In this document: piece by piece, positions 27,101 to 42,100 of the stretch
Numbering within the stretch: position 1 is the first letter of the stretch
How the letters are laid out: each line of letters opens with the position of its first letter
Origin: Leucoraja ocellata
Taxonomy: Eukaryota
Assembly: GCA_036785375.1 (NCBI GenBank)
Contig: JAWMAR010000029.1
Location: 11,222,001-11,286,000, forward strand
Length of the DNA: 64,000 bases
Direction: 5' to 3'
The notes under the pieces: generated by a model
Told to the model about the DNA's origin: nothing
Database searches by the model: none
The model's input: only the letters and a program-made list of their open reading frames with translations
Program-made: the position numbers and the translations under genes

Positions 27101-30100
27101 TGCAAAAGTCTGCAGACCACACGTTAGCCTCATCAACCACAAAGAACTAGTAGAACCAGAGAAGAGACATGCCACCCTCCATCTAAAGGAACTGTCAAAG
27201 AAGGAGGAGTGTTTAAGATGGGGATGAATTTACTATTGGAAAGTCAGCAAACAGAGGGACAGGAAGAGGGTGGCTAAGCAAAAGGTGAGTAGTTATTACA
27301 GTCTGTGTAATAATCAGCTCCATTCATAATTCAGTAGCTAAGAAATAGGTGACGGTTCATATTGAGACCCTTCCTCAAACTGAGAGACCGGTGAGAGAGA
27401 AATTAGAGTAATAACGAGGGGATACAAACAGTAAAACTAGTAGGATGATTGCAGCAGGTGAGGGATGGAGAGAGAGGGAATGCAAGGGTTACTCCTTTGT
27501 TCAAGAGAGGGGCAAAGATGATCACAAAAATGACAGGCCTTTACGATGAATTAACACCACACATGAAATGGGTACTGTACACAAAAAACCTGAATATCAG
27601 AAAAGAAAGTAAGAATTAGGAACAGGAGTCAGACATATGGCCATTTGAACTAGCAATCTTCTATTTCAGGTTCATTTTCCAGCACAATCTACATATCCTT
27701 TAACGTCCAGAAAACTACCAATCACTTCTGAATGTCCTCGAATGCTCTCTGGAATGAAGAATGATAAAAATACACCACCTTCTGAATGAAACAACTTATC
27801 GTATTTCAATCCCAAAATATCTTCCTCACATGCTGAGACAGTGGTGCATGCACCTGGAGTCCAAAGGGACAGAGAATTCTTTCCATTCTACAATCATTAG
27901 AGAAAAAGTTTCTAGTCTGATGATGGGTCCCGACTCGAAACATCACCTATTCATGATCCCAGAGATGATGCCTGACATGATCAGTTACTCCAGCACTTTA
28001 TTTCTTATTTTGAAATCCAGTATCTGCTGTACTTTGTATTCCTAGTCCTTGCAATTTCTTGCAGATAATCTGTTGTGGCAGTTTTTTAACTTGTTTATTA
28101 TGTAGCGGACATTAAAACATACTGGATGAAGTTCATAAGATATACTCACCAGGAGGTCCGGTTACACCACCTAAAAGGAGAAACAAACAATTCAGTTAAT
28201 TATCGTTTGAAACATGTTCAGATTTAAAGATTGTCAGCAAATATCTGCTCCATCTGTGCAAGAGTATGCACACCACACGTTGACCTCATCAACCACATCA
28301 GAACTCATAGAACCAGAGAAGAGACATGCCACCCTCCATCCAAAGGGACTGTCAAAGAAGGAGGTCTGTTTAAGGTGGGGATGAAATTACTATTGGAAAG
28401 TCTGGAAATCAGCAAACAGAGGGACAGGAAGAGGGTGGCTAAGCAAAAGGTGAGTAGTTATTGCAGTCAGTGTAATACTCAGCTCCACTCATAATTCAGT
28501 AGCTAATATTCACAAATGATATTTTACAATCGCCTCATACTCACAAAAGGAATCAGGGCAGGTGAATCGTATTCTGTAATCTTGACATGCGCGATCAGGT
28601 TGGTTGCTGTTCACACAAAAGAATCCAGTAGAAACGTTGCAACTGTTGAGTAGAATGTAGGGACATATGATAAAGTTGTTGATAAAACTACTGATGCACT
28701 TTGAATTAAATAATAAAACTGCTATAATATGGCTGGCTCTATTTTGTACCTGGCAATGTTCTCTGCAGTCTGTGAGGCCGGAATCCCTGACGTTGTCTCC
28801 ACCTCACAGGCGATTGGATCCGTGCAGATCTGACCGGGATTCTCAGTTCGCAGATTGGGAAAGATTTCATAATCTCCATTTCCTGATGGGTTATCACGGT
28901 CAAACCACGCAGTTTTGCAATTCCCTACTGAAGAAGAGCAGAAAGAGAAAGTAGATTGAAAGTAAACATTGGGTCTGACAGATTGCCACAAAATTATGTA
29001 GCAAATTAGCTCCATGTAACATCTCTAGAGGTAAGGAATAGGTTACCTTTCATGTCAAGACAGAGAGACCTGATCGATTTGCTAACCGTTGGGCACAACT
29101 TACATGAACAATATTTCTCCTCAGAACGCATCATATACTCAAGTACATGAGACCTGGTTCCAGCTCCCTCCACCTTGTTCACTGTTCTGCCCATCACTTC
29201 ACTTATTTCTTCTTGCCCCATATTTGCTGATGTTGGTGACTGTTTCCTCTCACTGCTGCCATTGGTCCTGACCCCTTCACATCAATCGCCATCCCTCTCT
29301 CCTCAATAAAATCCCAACTTTATAAATTACCAGCCTGGTACCATGTCCCAGAATTCCTACGAAATCCATGTCTAGTTTTCCTGGTCCTCCTCGTGACAAT
29401 CCCACATTCTGCAATCCTGAATCATGCCTGGCAGAATACTCAAATTACTCTTACGTGAGTCACTTTCCTCAAGTGAACAAGTGATGTCAGAGGACCGGAG
29501 AAACGCAGAAGTTACTCCTTTGTTCAAGAGAAGGGAAAAGATGATCACAGAAATGACAGGCCTTTACGATCTTTTAATTTTGCACAGTGTGTGTCTGGTC
29601 CCACACACGAACAGGGACATACATTGGACCTTGTATTATCTTATGGTTTGCCTGTGTTAAACTTGGAGGTCTGTGACAGTGTGTTTTCTGATCACATGCC
29701 GGTAATATTTGATGTTGGTTTCTCCAGTGCTGCAGTTAGACCTGTTGCGTCTGCTCGGCGCTGTCGGACCATTAACCCCTGTACTGCTGGCCAGTTCTCT
29801 GCCGCCTTCAATCAGCTCTGTGCCCCCTCTGCGTCCATTTCCATCGGTACGGAGGAGATTAGTTCTTGGTTCCACTCTTCCTGTAGAACTATTCTCGACT
29901 CTGTGGCCCCATTAAAAACTTTGCAGCCCAGAGCTGAACCCGAGCCCTGGGTCTGTGACGCAACTCGTACAGCTCGACGGGAGTGTCGCAGAGCTGAGCG
30001 AATGTGGAAGAAGGACAGGCTAGAGGTTTCATCGCAAATCCTAAAGGACAGCTGGCGAAACTACCAAAATACTGTTAAAGAGGCAAAAAGATATTATCTC

Positions 30101-33100
30101 TCTAATATAATAGTGTCTAAGCGCCACGATCCACATGCGTTATTCAAAACTATTGATTCTGTTTTAAATGCCCCACAGCCTGTCTGCCTGGAAGCATCGC
30201 CCAAATTGTGCAACGACTTCCTGCACTTCTTTATAAACAAGGTTGTTTCTATTAGGGCTCTTATCTCAGCTCCTGCCTCAGACCCACCTGTTCTGGCCCC
30301 TTGCTGGGTGGCATTTGATAAGTTTGTTCCCCTGACGCTGTCGGGTCTAGAGGATGTGGTTACCCATATCAAGCCGTCGGGTTCCCCATGTGATGCTGTC
30401 CCTCCTCTTCTTTTTAAAGAGGTCTTCCCGAGCATAGGGCATTCGGTCCTCGCCATCATAAACAGTAGCTTGTCTTCTGGGGTTGTCCCCGTAAAATTTA
30501 AACATGCTGTAGTGCAGCCATTACTCAAGAAACCTGGCCTGGACCAGACTGTCCTGGCCAATTTTAGGCCAATCTCAAAGCTGCCATTTATCTCCAAAAT
30601 CATGGAGAAAGTAGTTTATGCCCAGCTGAAACTCTTCCTGGATGAGCACAACATCCGGGAGGTCTTTCAGTCTGGTTTCAAGGCTATGCATAGCACAGAG
30701 TCGGCTTTGCTAAGGGTCTCTAACGACATCCTCCTGGCAAACGACTCCGGTAATTATGTGGTTCTTGTCTTGCTGGACCTATCTGCCGCCTTCGACACTG
30801 TGGACCATGGAATATTAATTTCCCAATTACAGCAACAAGTGGGCATCTGTGGCAGTGCCCTGGGATGGTTCAGGTCCTATCTGGCAGATAGAACCATGCG
30901 TGTAAGCCTTGGTGGCCTTGAATCCTCCTCTGCTCCCTTGGCATATGGGGTTCCACAGGGCTCAATTTTAGGGCCCCTGCTTTTCTCCCTTTATCTACTT
31001 CCACTGGGCTCAATTTTAAGAAGGCATGGCATCTCCTTTCACTTTTACGTGGATGATAGCCAGTTGTACATGCCACTCAGGAAAGAAGATAATTATTCCC
31101 TAAAATCACTTCTGTCTTGTCTTGAGGACATTAAGTCCTGGATGGCCTTAAACTTTCTGGGACTTAACGAAAAAAAGACAGAAGTGATTTTGTTCGGCCC
31201 TAATGGCTGCCGTGAACCTCCCTCTGTTGACTTGGGTCTACTTGCAGTGTTCGTAAAGCCAACAGTTTTAAACCTGGGTTTTATGATGGACGGTGATTTT
31301 AAATTAGATAAACAAATAGGCGCAGTGGTTAAGTCCAGCTTCTTTCACCTAAGGAAGCTGGCAAAGGTGAAGCCCATTCTCGAGCGGCAGCATTTTGAAA
31401 CAGTAATTCACGCCTTTATTTCATCTCGGCTGGATTACTGTAACGCGCTCTACTCTGGAGTCTCACGAGCTTCGTTGGCTCGTCTCCAGTTGGTCCAAAA
31501 TGCTGCCGCTCGCCTTTTAACCGGAACTCGAAAGAGGGAGCACATTACGCCAATTTTGGCCTCCCTTCACTGGCTCCCAGTGCACTTTCGAGTTCATTTT
31601 AAAATTCTTTTATTTGTTTTTAAATCTTTGAATGGCCTCGTCCCGCCTTACCTCTCTGAGCTGCTCCATCTATATGCTCCTACCCAGTGCCTCAGGTCAG
31701 CGGATCAGCTGTTCCTTGAGGTACCAAGGTCTAAGCGGAAGCTCAGAGGGGATAGAGCCTTTTCTGTTGCTGCCCCGGCACTCTGGAACACCTTGCCGCT
31801 GCAGATCAGACAGGCCCCTTCACTGTCCACCTTTAAATCCTCCCTAAAAACTCACTTTTATTCACTGGCTTTCGACACTGGCTGAGACATTGTTCCTGTT
31901 TTAGTGCTTTTAATGTCTTTTAATTTTTACTGTTTTTATAGTCCTGTCGCATTAATGGTTTTAGTAGTTTGTAATAACTTTTTGTTGACTTCCCATGTAC
32001 AGCACTTTGTGGTAACTGATGTTGTCTAAAAGCGCTTTATAAATAAAGTTATTATTATTATTATTATTATTATTAATTAACACCACACTTGTATTCCTAG
32101 TCTTTGCAATTTCTTCTCATGTGGCTAAATCACAATTTCTGTTACCTTCCCCGTGAATCTGTTTTGCATTCACTCCATGACATGGACACATTTTGTTTCC
32201 TTAATAAGCTGATAACTACAAGCAACTCTTGAGGTTCAGTCGCACTGAAGCACCTATAATCTGTTTTAACTTAGTTATTATGTAGCGGACATTAAAACAT
32301 ACTGTATGAAACTCATAAGAGCTTTCATATTACTGTTAACATTGCCCGCTTTATAATGGGATCGATATACTCACCAGGAGGTTCGGTAACACCACCTAAA
32401 AGGAGAAACAAACAATTCAGTTAATTATCATTTGAAACATGTTCAGATTTAATGATTGTCAGCAGATATCTGCCCCATCTATGCTAGAGTCTGCACACCA
32501 CACGTTAGCCTCATCAACCACATCAGAACTCAAAGAACCAGAGAAGAAACATGCCACACTCCATCCAAAGGGACTGTCAAAGAAAGAGGAGTGTTTAAGA
32601 TGGGGATGAATTTACTATTGGAAAGTCTGGAAATCAGCAAACAGAGGGACAGGAAGAGGGTGGCTAAGCAAAGTGTGAGTTGTTATTATAGTCTGTGTTA
32701 TAATCAGCTCCACTCATAATTCAATAGCTAATATTCACAAATATGTTTTTCCAATTGCCTCATACTTACAAAAGGAATCAGGGCAGGTGAATCGTATTCT
32801 GTAATCTTGACATGCGCGATCACGTTGGTTGGTGTTCACACAAAAGAATCCAGTAGAAACGTTGCAACTGTTGAGTAGAATGTAGGGACATATGATAAAG
32901 TTGTTGATAAAACCTCTGATGCACTTTAAATGAAATAATAAAAGTGCTATAATATGGCTGGCTCTATTTTGTACCTGGCAATGTTCTCTCCAGTCTGTGA
33001 GGCCGGAATCCCTGATGTTGTCTCCACCTCACAGGCGATCGGATCCATGCAGATCTGACCGGGATTCTCAGTTCGCAGATTGGGGAAGATTTCATAATCT

Positions 33101-36100
33101 CCATTTCCTGATGGGTTATCACGGTCAAACCACGCAGTTTTGCAATTCCCCACTGAAGAAGAGCAGAAAAAGAAAGTAGATTCAAAGTGAACATTGGGTC
33201 TGATGGATTGACACAACATGTTGCAGCAAATTAGCTCGGCAGGTCGCATCTCTAGAGGAAAGAAATAGGTGACGGTTCATGTCGAGACCCTTCCTCAAAC
33301 TGAGAGACCGGTGAGAGAGAAATTAGAGGTTTGAAAATGTACAGAACAAATCAGAGCCTGCACTAATGGCCAAAGAGCCCACATGGTTCATTGTTGACTT
33401 TGGAGGAGGTAATAACGAGGGGATACAAACAGTAAAACTAGTAGGATGATTGCAGCAGGTGAGGGATGGAGAGAGAGGGAATGCAAGGGTTACTCCTTTG
33501 TTCAAGAGAGGGGCAAAGATGATCACAAAAATGACAGGCCTTTACGATGAATTAACACCACACATGAAGTTGGGTACTGTAGTTGCCTTCTAACACATAA
33601 ATCTGAATATCAGAAAAGAAAGTAAGAATTAGGAGCAGGAGTCAGACATATGGCCATTTGAACTAGCAATCGTCTATTTCAGGTCCATTTTCCAGCACTA
33701 TCAACATATCCTTTAACGTCCAGAAAACTACCAATCACTTCTGAATGTCCTCGAATGCTCTCTGGAATCAAGAATGTCAAAAATACACCACCTTCTGAGC
33801 GAAACAACTAATCGTATTTCAATCCCAAAATATCTTCCTCTCATGTTGAGACAGTGGTGCATGCACCTGGAGTCCAAAGGGACAGAGATGACTTTCCATT
33901 CTACAATCCCTGGAGAAACATGTTCTAGTCTGAAGAATGGTCCCGACTCGAAATATCACCTATTCATGATCCCAGAGATGATGCCTGACATGATCAGTTA
34001 CTCCAGCACTTTATTTCTCATTTTGTAATCTAGTATCTACTGTACTTTGTATTACTAATACTTGCAATTTCTTCTCATGTGGCTAAATCACAATTTCTGT
34101 TACCTATCCCGTCAATCTGTTTTGCATTCCCTCCATGGCATGGACACAATTTGTTTCCTTAACAAGATGATAACGACAAGCAACTCTTGAGGTTCAGTCG
34201 CATTGAAGTGCCTATAATCTGTTGTGGCAGTTTTTTAACTTGTTTATTATGTAGCGGATATTTAAACACACTGTATGAAGTTCATAAGAGCTTTCATATT
34301 ACTGTTAACATTGCCCTCTTTATCATGGGAGCGATATACTCACCAGGAGGTTCGGTAACACCACCTAAAAGGAGAAACAAAACAATTCAGTTAATTATCA
34401 TTTGAAACATGTTGAGATTTAATGATTATCAGCAAATATCTGCCCCATCTGTGCAAAAGTCTGCAGACCACACGTTAGCCTCATCAATCACAACAGAACT
34501 AGTAGAACCAGAGAAGAGACATGCCACCCTCCAACTAAAGGAACTGTCAAAGAAGGAGGAGTGTGTAAGATGGGGATGAATTTACTATTGGAAAGTCATC
34601 AAACAGAGGGTCAGGAAGAGGGTGGCTAAGCAAAAGGTGAGTAGTTATTACAGTCTGTGTAATAATCAGCTCCACTCATAATTCAGTAGCTAATATTCAC
34701 AAATGATATTTTACAATCGCCTAATACTCACAAAAGAAATCAGGGCAGGTGAATCGTATTCTGTAATCTTGACATGAGCCATCACGTTGGTTGCTGTTCA
34801 CACAAAAGAATCCAGTAGAAACGTTGCAACTGTTGAGTAGAATGAAGGGACATATGATAAAGTAGTTGATAAAACCTCTGATGCTCTTTGAATGAAATAA
34901 TAAAAGTGCAATATTATGGCCGGCTCTATTTTGTACCTGGCAATGTTCTCACCAGTCTGTGAGGCCGGAATCCCTGACGTTGTCTCCACCTCACAGGCGA
35001 TTGGATCCGTGCAGATCTGACCGGGATTCTCAGTTCGCAGATCGGCGATCGTTTCATAATCTCCATTTCCTGATGGGTTATCGCGGTCAAACCACACAGT
35101 TTTGCAATTCCCCACTGAAGAGCAGAAAGAGAAAGTAGATTGAAAGTAAACATTGGGACTAACAGATTGACACAAAATTATGGAGCAAATTAGCTCCAGG
35201 TAGCATCTCTAGAGGTAAGGAATAGGTTACCTTTCATGTCAAGACAGAGAGACCTGATCGATTTGCTAACCGTTGGGCACAACTTACATGAACAATATTT
35301 CTCCTCAGAACGCATCATATACTCAAGTACATGAGACCTAGTTCCAGCTCCCTCCACCTTGTTCACTGTTCTGCCCATCACTTCACTTATTTCTTCTTGC
35401 CCCATATTTGCTGATGTTGGTGACTGTTTCCTCTCACTGTTGCCATTGGTCCTGACACCTTCACATCAATCGCCATCCCTCTCTCCTCAATAAAAACCCA
35501 ACTTTATAAATTACCAGCCTGGTACCGTGTCCCAGAATTGCTACAAAATCCATGTCTAGTTTTCCTGGTCCTCCTCGTGACACTCCCACATTCTGCAATC
35601 CTGAATCATGCCTGGCAGAATACTCAAATTACTCTTACGTGAGTCACTTTCCTCAAGTGAACAAGTGATGTCAGAGGACCGGAGAAACGCAGAAGTTACT
35701 CCTTTGTTCAAGACAGGGGAAAAGATGATCACAGAAATGACAGGCCTTTACGATGAATTAACACCACACAAAGTTTTTATGAGTACTCTAGTTACCTTCT
35801 AACAAATAAAACAGAATATCAGAAAAGAAAGTAAGAATTAGGAGCAGGAGTCAGAGACGACTTCCCATTCTACAATCCCTAGAGAAAAAGGTTCTAGTCT
35901 GAAGATGGATCCCGAATCGAAACAGGACCTATTCATGATCTCGGAGATGATGCCTGATACGTTCTGTTATTCCAGCATTTTGTAATCCATATCTGCTGTA
36001 GTTTGTATTCCTAGTCTTTGCAATTTCTTCTCATGTGGCTAAATCACAATTTCTGCCACCTTTCCCATGAATCTGTTTTGCATTCACTCCATGACATGGA

Positions 36101-39100
36101 CACATTTTGTTTCCTTAATAAGCTGATAACTACAAGCAACTCTTGAGGTTCAGTCGCACTGAAGTGCCTATAATCTGTTTTAACTTAGTTATTATGTAGC
36201 GGACATTAAAACATACTGTATGAAACTCATAAGAGCTTTCATATTACTGTTAACATTGCCCGCTTTATAATGTGATCGATATACTCACCAGGAGGTTCGG
36301 TAACACCACCTAAAAGGAGAAACAAACAATTCAGTTAATTATCATTTGAAACGTGTTCTGATTTAATGATTGTCAGCAGATATCTGCCCCATCTATGCTA
36401 GAGTCTGCACACCACACGTTAGCCTCATCAACCACATCAGAACTCAAAGAACCAGAGAAGAAACATGCCACACCCCATCCAAAGGGACTGTCAAAGAAAG
36501 AGGAGTGTTTAAGATGGGGATGAATTTACTATTGTAAAGTCTGGAAATCAGCAAACAGGGGGACAGGAAGAGGGTGGCTAAGCAAAGTGTGAGTTGTTAT
36601 TACAGTCTGTGTTATAATCAGCTCCACTCATAATTCAGTAGCTAATATTCACAAATATGTTTTTACAATTGCCTCATACTTACAAAAGGAATCAGGGCAG
36701 GTGAATCGTATTCTGTAATCTTGACATGCGCGATCACGTTGGTTGGTGTTCACACAAAAGAATCCAGTAGAAACGTTGCAACTGTTGAGTAGAATGTAGG
36801 GACATATGATAAAGTTGATGATAAAACCTCTGATGCACTTTAAATGAAATAATAAAAGTGCTATAATATGGCTGGCTCTATTTTGTACCTGGCAATGTTC
36901 TCTCCAGTCTGTGAGGCCGGAATCCCTGATGTTGTCTCCACCTCACAGGCGATTGGATCCGTGCAGATCTGACCGGGATTCTCAGTTCGCAGATTGGGGA
37001 AGATTTCATAATCTCCATTTCCTGATGGGTTATCACGGTCAAACCACGCAGTTTTGCAATTCCCCACTGAAGAAGAGCAGAAAGAGAAAGTAGATTCAAA
37101 GTGAACATTGGGTCTGATGGATTGACACAACATGTTGCAGCAAATTAGCTCGGCAGGTCGCATCTCTAGAGGAAAGAAATAGGTGACGGTTCATGTCGAG
37201 ACCCTTCCTCAAACTGAGAGACCGGTGAGAGAGAAATTAGAGGTTTGAAAATGTACAGAACAAATCAGAGCCTGCACTAATGGCCAAAGAGCCCACATGG
37301 TTCATTGTTGACTTTGGAGGAGGTAATAACGAGGGGATACAAACAGTAAAACTAGTAGGATGATTGCAGCAGGTGAGGGATGGAGAGAGAGGGAATGCAA
37401 GGGTTACTCCTTTGTTCAAGAGAGGGGCAAAGATAATCACAAAAATGACAGGCCTTTACGATGAATTAACACCACACAAGAAGTTGGGTACTGTAGTTGC
37501 CTTCTAACACATCAATCAGAATATCAGAAAAGAAAGTAAGAATTAGGAGCAGCAGTCAGACATGTGGCCATTTGAACTAGCAATCTTCTATTTCAGGTTC
37601 ATTTTCCAGCATTATAAACATATCCTTTAACGTCCAGAAAACTAACAATCACTTCTGAATGTCCTCGAATGCTCTCTGGAATGAAGAATGACAAAAATAC
37701 ACCACCTTTTGAATGAAACAACTTATCGTATTTCAATCCCAAAATATCTTCCTCTTATGCTGAGACAGTGGTGCATGCACCTGGAGTCCAAAGGGACAGA
37801 GATGACTTTCCATTCTACAATCATTAGAGAAAAAGTTTCCAGTCTGAAGATGAGTCCCGAATCGAAACAGGACCTATTCATGTCCTCGGAGATGATGCCT
37901 GATACGTTCTGTTATTCCAGCATTTTGTAATCCATATCTGCTGTAGTTTGTATTCCTAGTCTTTGCAATTTCTTCTCATGTGGCTAAATCACAATTTCTG
38001 TTACCTTTCCCATGAATCTGTTTTGCATTCACTCCATGGCATGGACACATTTTGTTTCCTTAATAAGCTGATAACTACAAGCAACTCTTGAGGTTCAGTC
38101 ACACTGAAGCGCCTATAATATGTTATGCCAGTGTTTTAACTTAGTTTTTATGTAGCGGACATTAAAACATATTGTATGAAACTCATAAGAGCTTTCATAT
38201 TACTGTTAACATTGCCCTCTTTATAATGGGAGGGATATACTCACCGGGAGGTTTGGTAGCACCACCTAAAAGGAGAAACAAACAATTCAGTTAATTATCA
38301 TTTGAAACATGTTCAGATTTAAAGATTGTCAGTAAATATCTGCCCCATCTGTGCAAGAGTCTGCACACCACACGTTGGCCTCATCAACCACATCAGAACT
38401 CATAGAACCAGAGAAGAGACATGCCACCCTCCATCCAAAGGGACTTTCAAAGAAGGAGGGCTGTATAAGATGGGGATGAAATTACTATTGGAAAGTCTGG
38501 AAATCAGCAAACAGAGGGACATGAAGAGGGTGGCTAAGCAAAAGGTGAGTAGTTATTACAGTCAGTGTAATACTCAGCTCCACTCATAATTCAGTAGCTA
38601 ATATTCACAAATGATATTTTACAATCGCCTAATACTCACAAAAGAAATCAGGGCAGGTGAATCGTATTCTGTAATCTTGACATGAGCGATCACGTTGGTT
38701 GCTGTTCACACAAAAGAATCCAGTAGAAACGTTGCAACTGTTGAGTAGAATGTAGGGAGGTGTGATAAAGTAGTTGATAAAACTACTGATGCTCTTTGAA
38801 TGAAATAATTAAGTGCAATATTATGGCCGGCTCTATTTTGTACCTGGCAATGTTCTCTCCAGTCTGTGAGGCCGGAATCCCTGACGTTGTCTCCACCTCA
38901 CAGGCGATTGGATCCGTGCAGATCTGACCGGGATTCTCAGTTCGCAGATTGGGGAAGATTTCATAATCTCCATTTCCTGATGGGTTATCACGGTCAAACC
39001 ACACAGTTTTGCAATTCCCTACTGAAGAGCAGAAAGAGAAAGTAGATTGAAAGTAAACATTGGGTCTGACAGATTGACACAATATTATGGAGCAAATTAG

Positions 39101-42100
39101 CTCCAGGTAGCATCTCTAGAGGTAAGGAATATGTTACCTTTCATGTCGAGACAGAGAGACCTGATCGATTTGCTAACCGTTGGGCACAACTTACATGAAC
39201 AATATTTCTCCTCAGAACGCATCATATACTCAAGTACATGAGATCTAGTTCCAGCTCCCTCCACCTTGTTCACTGTTCTGCCCATCACTTCACTTATTTC
39301 TTCTTGCCCCATATTTGCTGATGTTGGTGACTGTTTCCTCTCACTGCTGCCATTGGTCCTCACTCCTTCACATCAATCGCCATCCCTCTCTCCTCAATAA
39401 AATCCCAACTTTATAAATTACCAGCCTGGTACCATGTCCCAGAATTCCTACGAAATCCATGTCTAGTTTTCCTGGTCCTCCTCGTGACAATCCCACATTC
39501 TGCATCCTGAATCATGCCTGGCAGAATACTCAAATTAATCTTACGTCAGTCACTTTCCTCAAGTGAACAAGTGATGTCAGAGGACCGGAGAAACGCAGAA
39601 GTTACTCCTTTGTTCAAGAGAGGGGTAAAGATGATCACAGAAATGACAGGCCTTTACGATGAATTAACACCACACAAAGTTTTTACGAGTACTCTAGTTA
39701 CCTTCTAACAAATAAATCAGAATATCAGAAAAGAAAGTTAGAATTAGGAGCAGGAGTCAGAGACGACTTCCCATTCTACAATCCCTCGAGAAAAAGGTTC
39801 TAGTCTGAAGATGGGTCCCGAATCGAAACAGGACCTATTCATGATCTCGGAGATGATGCCTGATACGTTCTGTTATTCCAGCATTTTGTAATCCATATCT
39901 GCTGTAGTTTGTATTCCTAGTCTTTGCAATTTCTTCTCATGTGGCTAAATCACAATTTCTGCCACCTTTCCCATGAATCTGTTTTGCATTCACTCCATGA
40001 CATGGACACATTTTGTTTCCTTAATAAGCTGATAACTACAAGCAACTCTTGAGGTTCAGTCGCACTGAAGCGCCTATAATCTGTTTTAACTTAGTTATTA
40101 TGTAGCGGACTTTAAAACATACTGTATGAAACTAATAAGAGCTTTCATATTACTGTGAACATTGCCCGCTTTATAATGGGATCGATATACTCACCAGGAG
40201 GTTCGGTAACACCACCTAAAAGGAGAAACAAACAATTCAGTTAATTATCATTTGAAACATGTTCAGATTTAATGATTGTCAGCAGATATCTGCCCCATCT
40301 ATGCTAGAGTCTGCACACCACACGTTAGCCTCATCAACCTAATCAGAACCAGAGAAGAAACATGCCACACTCCATCCAAAGGGACTGTCAAAGAAAGAGG
40401 AGTGTTTAAGATGGGGATGAATTTACTATTGGAAAGTCTGGAAATCAGCAAACAGGGGGACAGGAAGAGGGTGGCTAAGCAAAGTGTGAGTTGTTATTAC
40501 AGTCTGTGTTATAATCAGCTCCACTCATAATTCAGTAGCTAATATTCACAAATATGTTTTTACAATTGCCTCATACTTACAAAAGGAATCAGGGCAGGTG
40601 AATCGTATTCTGTAATCTTGACATGCGCGATCACGTTGGTTGCTGTTCACACAAAAGAATCCAGTAGAAACGTTGCAACTGTTGAGTAGAATATAGGGAC
40701 ATATGATAAAGTTGTTGATAAAACCTCTGATGCACTTTAAATGAAATAATAAAAGTGCTATAATATGGCTGGCTCTATATTGTACCTGGCAATGTTCTCT
40801 CCTGTCTGTGAGGCCGGAATCCCTGATGTTGTCTCCACCTCACAGGCGATCGGATCCATGCAGATCTGACCGGGATTCTCAGTTCGCAGATTGGGGAAGA
40901 TTTCATAATCTCCATTTCCTGATGGGTTATCACGGTCAAACCACGCAGTTTTGCAATTCCCCACTGAAGAGCAGAAAGAGAAAGTAGATTCAAAGTGAAC
41001 ATTGGGTCTGATGGATTGACACAACATGTTGCAGCAAATTAGCTCGGCAGGTCGCATCTCTAGAGGAAAGAAATAGGTGATGGTTCATGTCGAGACCCTT
41101 CCTCAAACTGAGAGACAAGTGAGAGAGAAATTAGAGGTTTGAAAATGTACAGAACAAATCAGAGCCTGCACTAATGGCCAAAGAGCCCACATGGTTCATT
41201 GTTGACTTTGGAGGAGGTAATAACGAGGGGATACAGACAGTAAAACTAGTAGGATGATTGCAGCAGGTGAGGGATGGAGAGAGAGGGAATGCAAGGGTTA
41301 CTCCTTTGTTCAAGAGAGGGGCAAAGATAATCACAAAAATGACAGGCCTTTACGATGAATTAACACCACACATGAAATGGGTACTGTAGTTGCAAATCTG
41401 AATATCAGAAAAGAAAGTAAGAATGAGGAACAGGAGTCAGACATATGGCCATTTGAACTAGCAATCTTCTATTTCAGGCCCATTTTCCAGCTCAATCTAC
41501 ATTTCCTTTAACGTCCAGAAAACTACCAATCACTTCTGAATGTCCTCGAATGCTCTCTCGAATGAAGAATGACAAAAATACACCACGTTTTGAATGAAAC
41601 AACTTATCGTATTTCAATCCCAAAATATCTTCCTCTCATGCTGAGACAGTGGTGCATGCACCTGGAGTCCAAAGGGACAGAGATGACTTTCCATTCTACA
41701 ATCCCTGGAGTAACATGTTCTAGTCTGAAGAATGGTCCCGACTCGAAATATCACCTATTCATGATCCCAGAGATGATGCCTGACATGATCAGTTACTCCA
41801 GCACTTTATTTCTTATTTTGTAATTCAGTATCTACTGTACTTTGTATTACTAATACTTGCAATTTCTTCTCATGTGGCTAAATCACAATTTCTGTTACCT
41901 TCCCCATGAATCTGTTTTGCATTCCCTCCATGGCATGGACACATTTTGTTTCCTTAACAAGATGATAACTACAAGCAACTCTTGAGGTTCAGTCGCATTG
42001 AAGCGCCTATAATCTGTTGTGGCAGTTTTTTAACTTGTTTATTATGTAGCGGACATTTAAACACCCTGGATGAAGTTCATAAGAGCTTTCATATTGCTGT

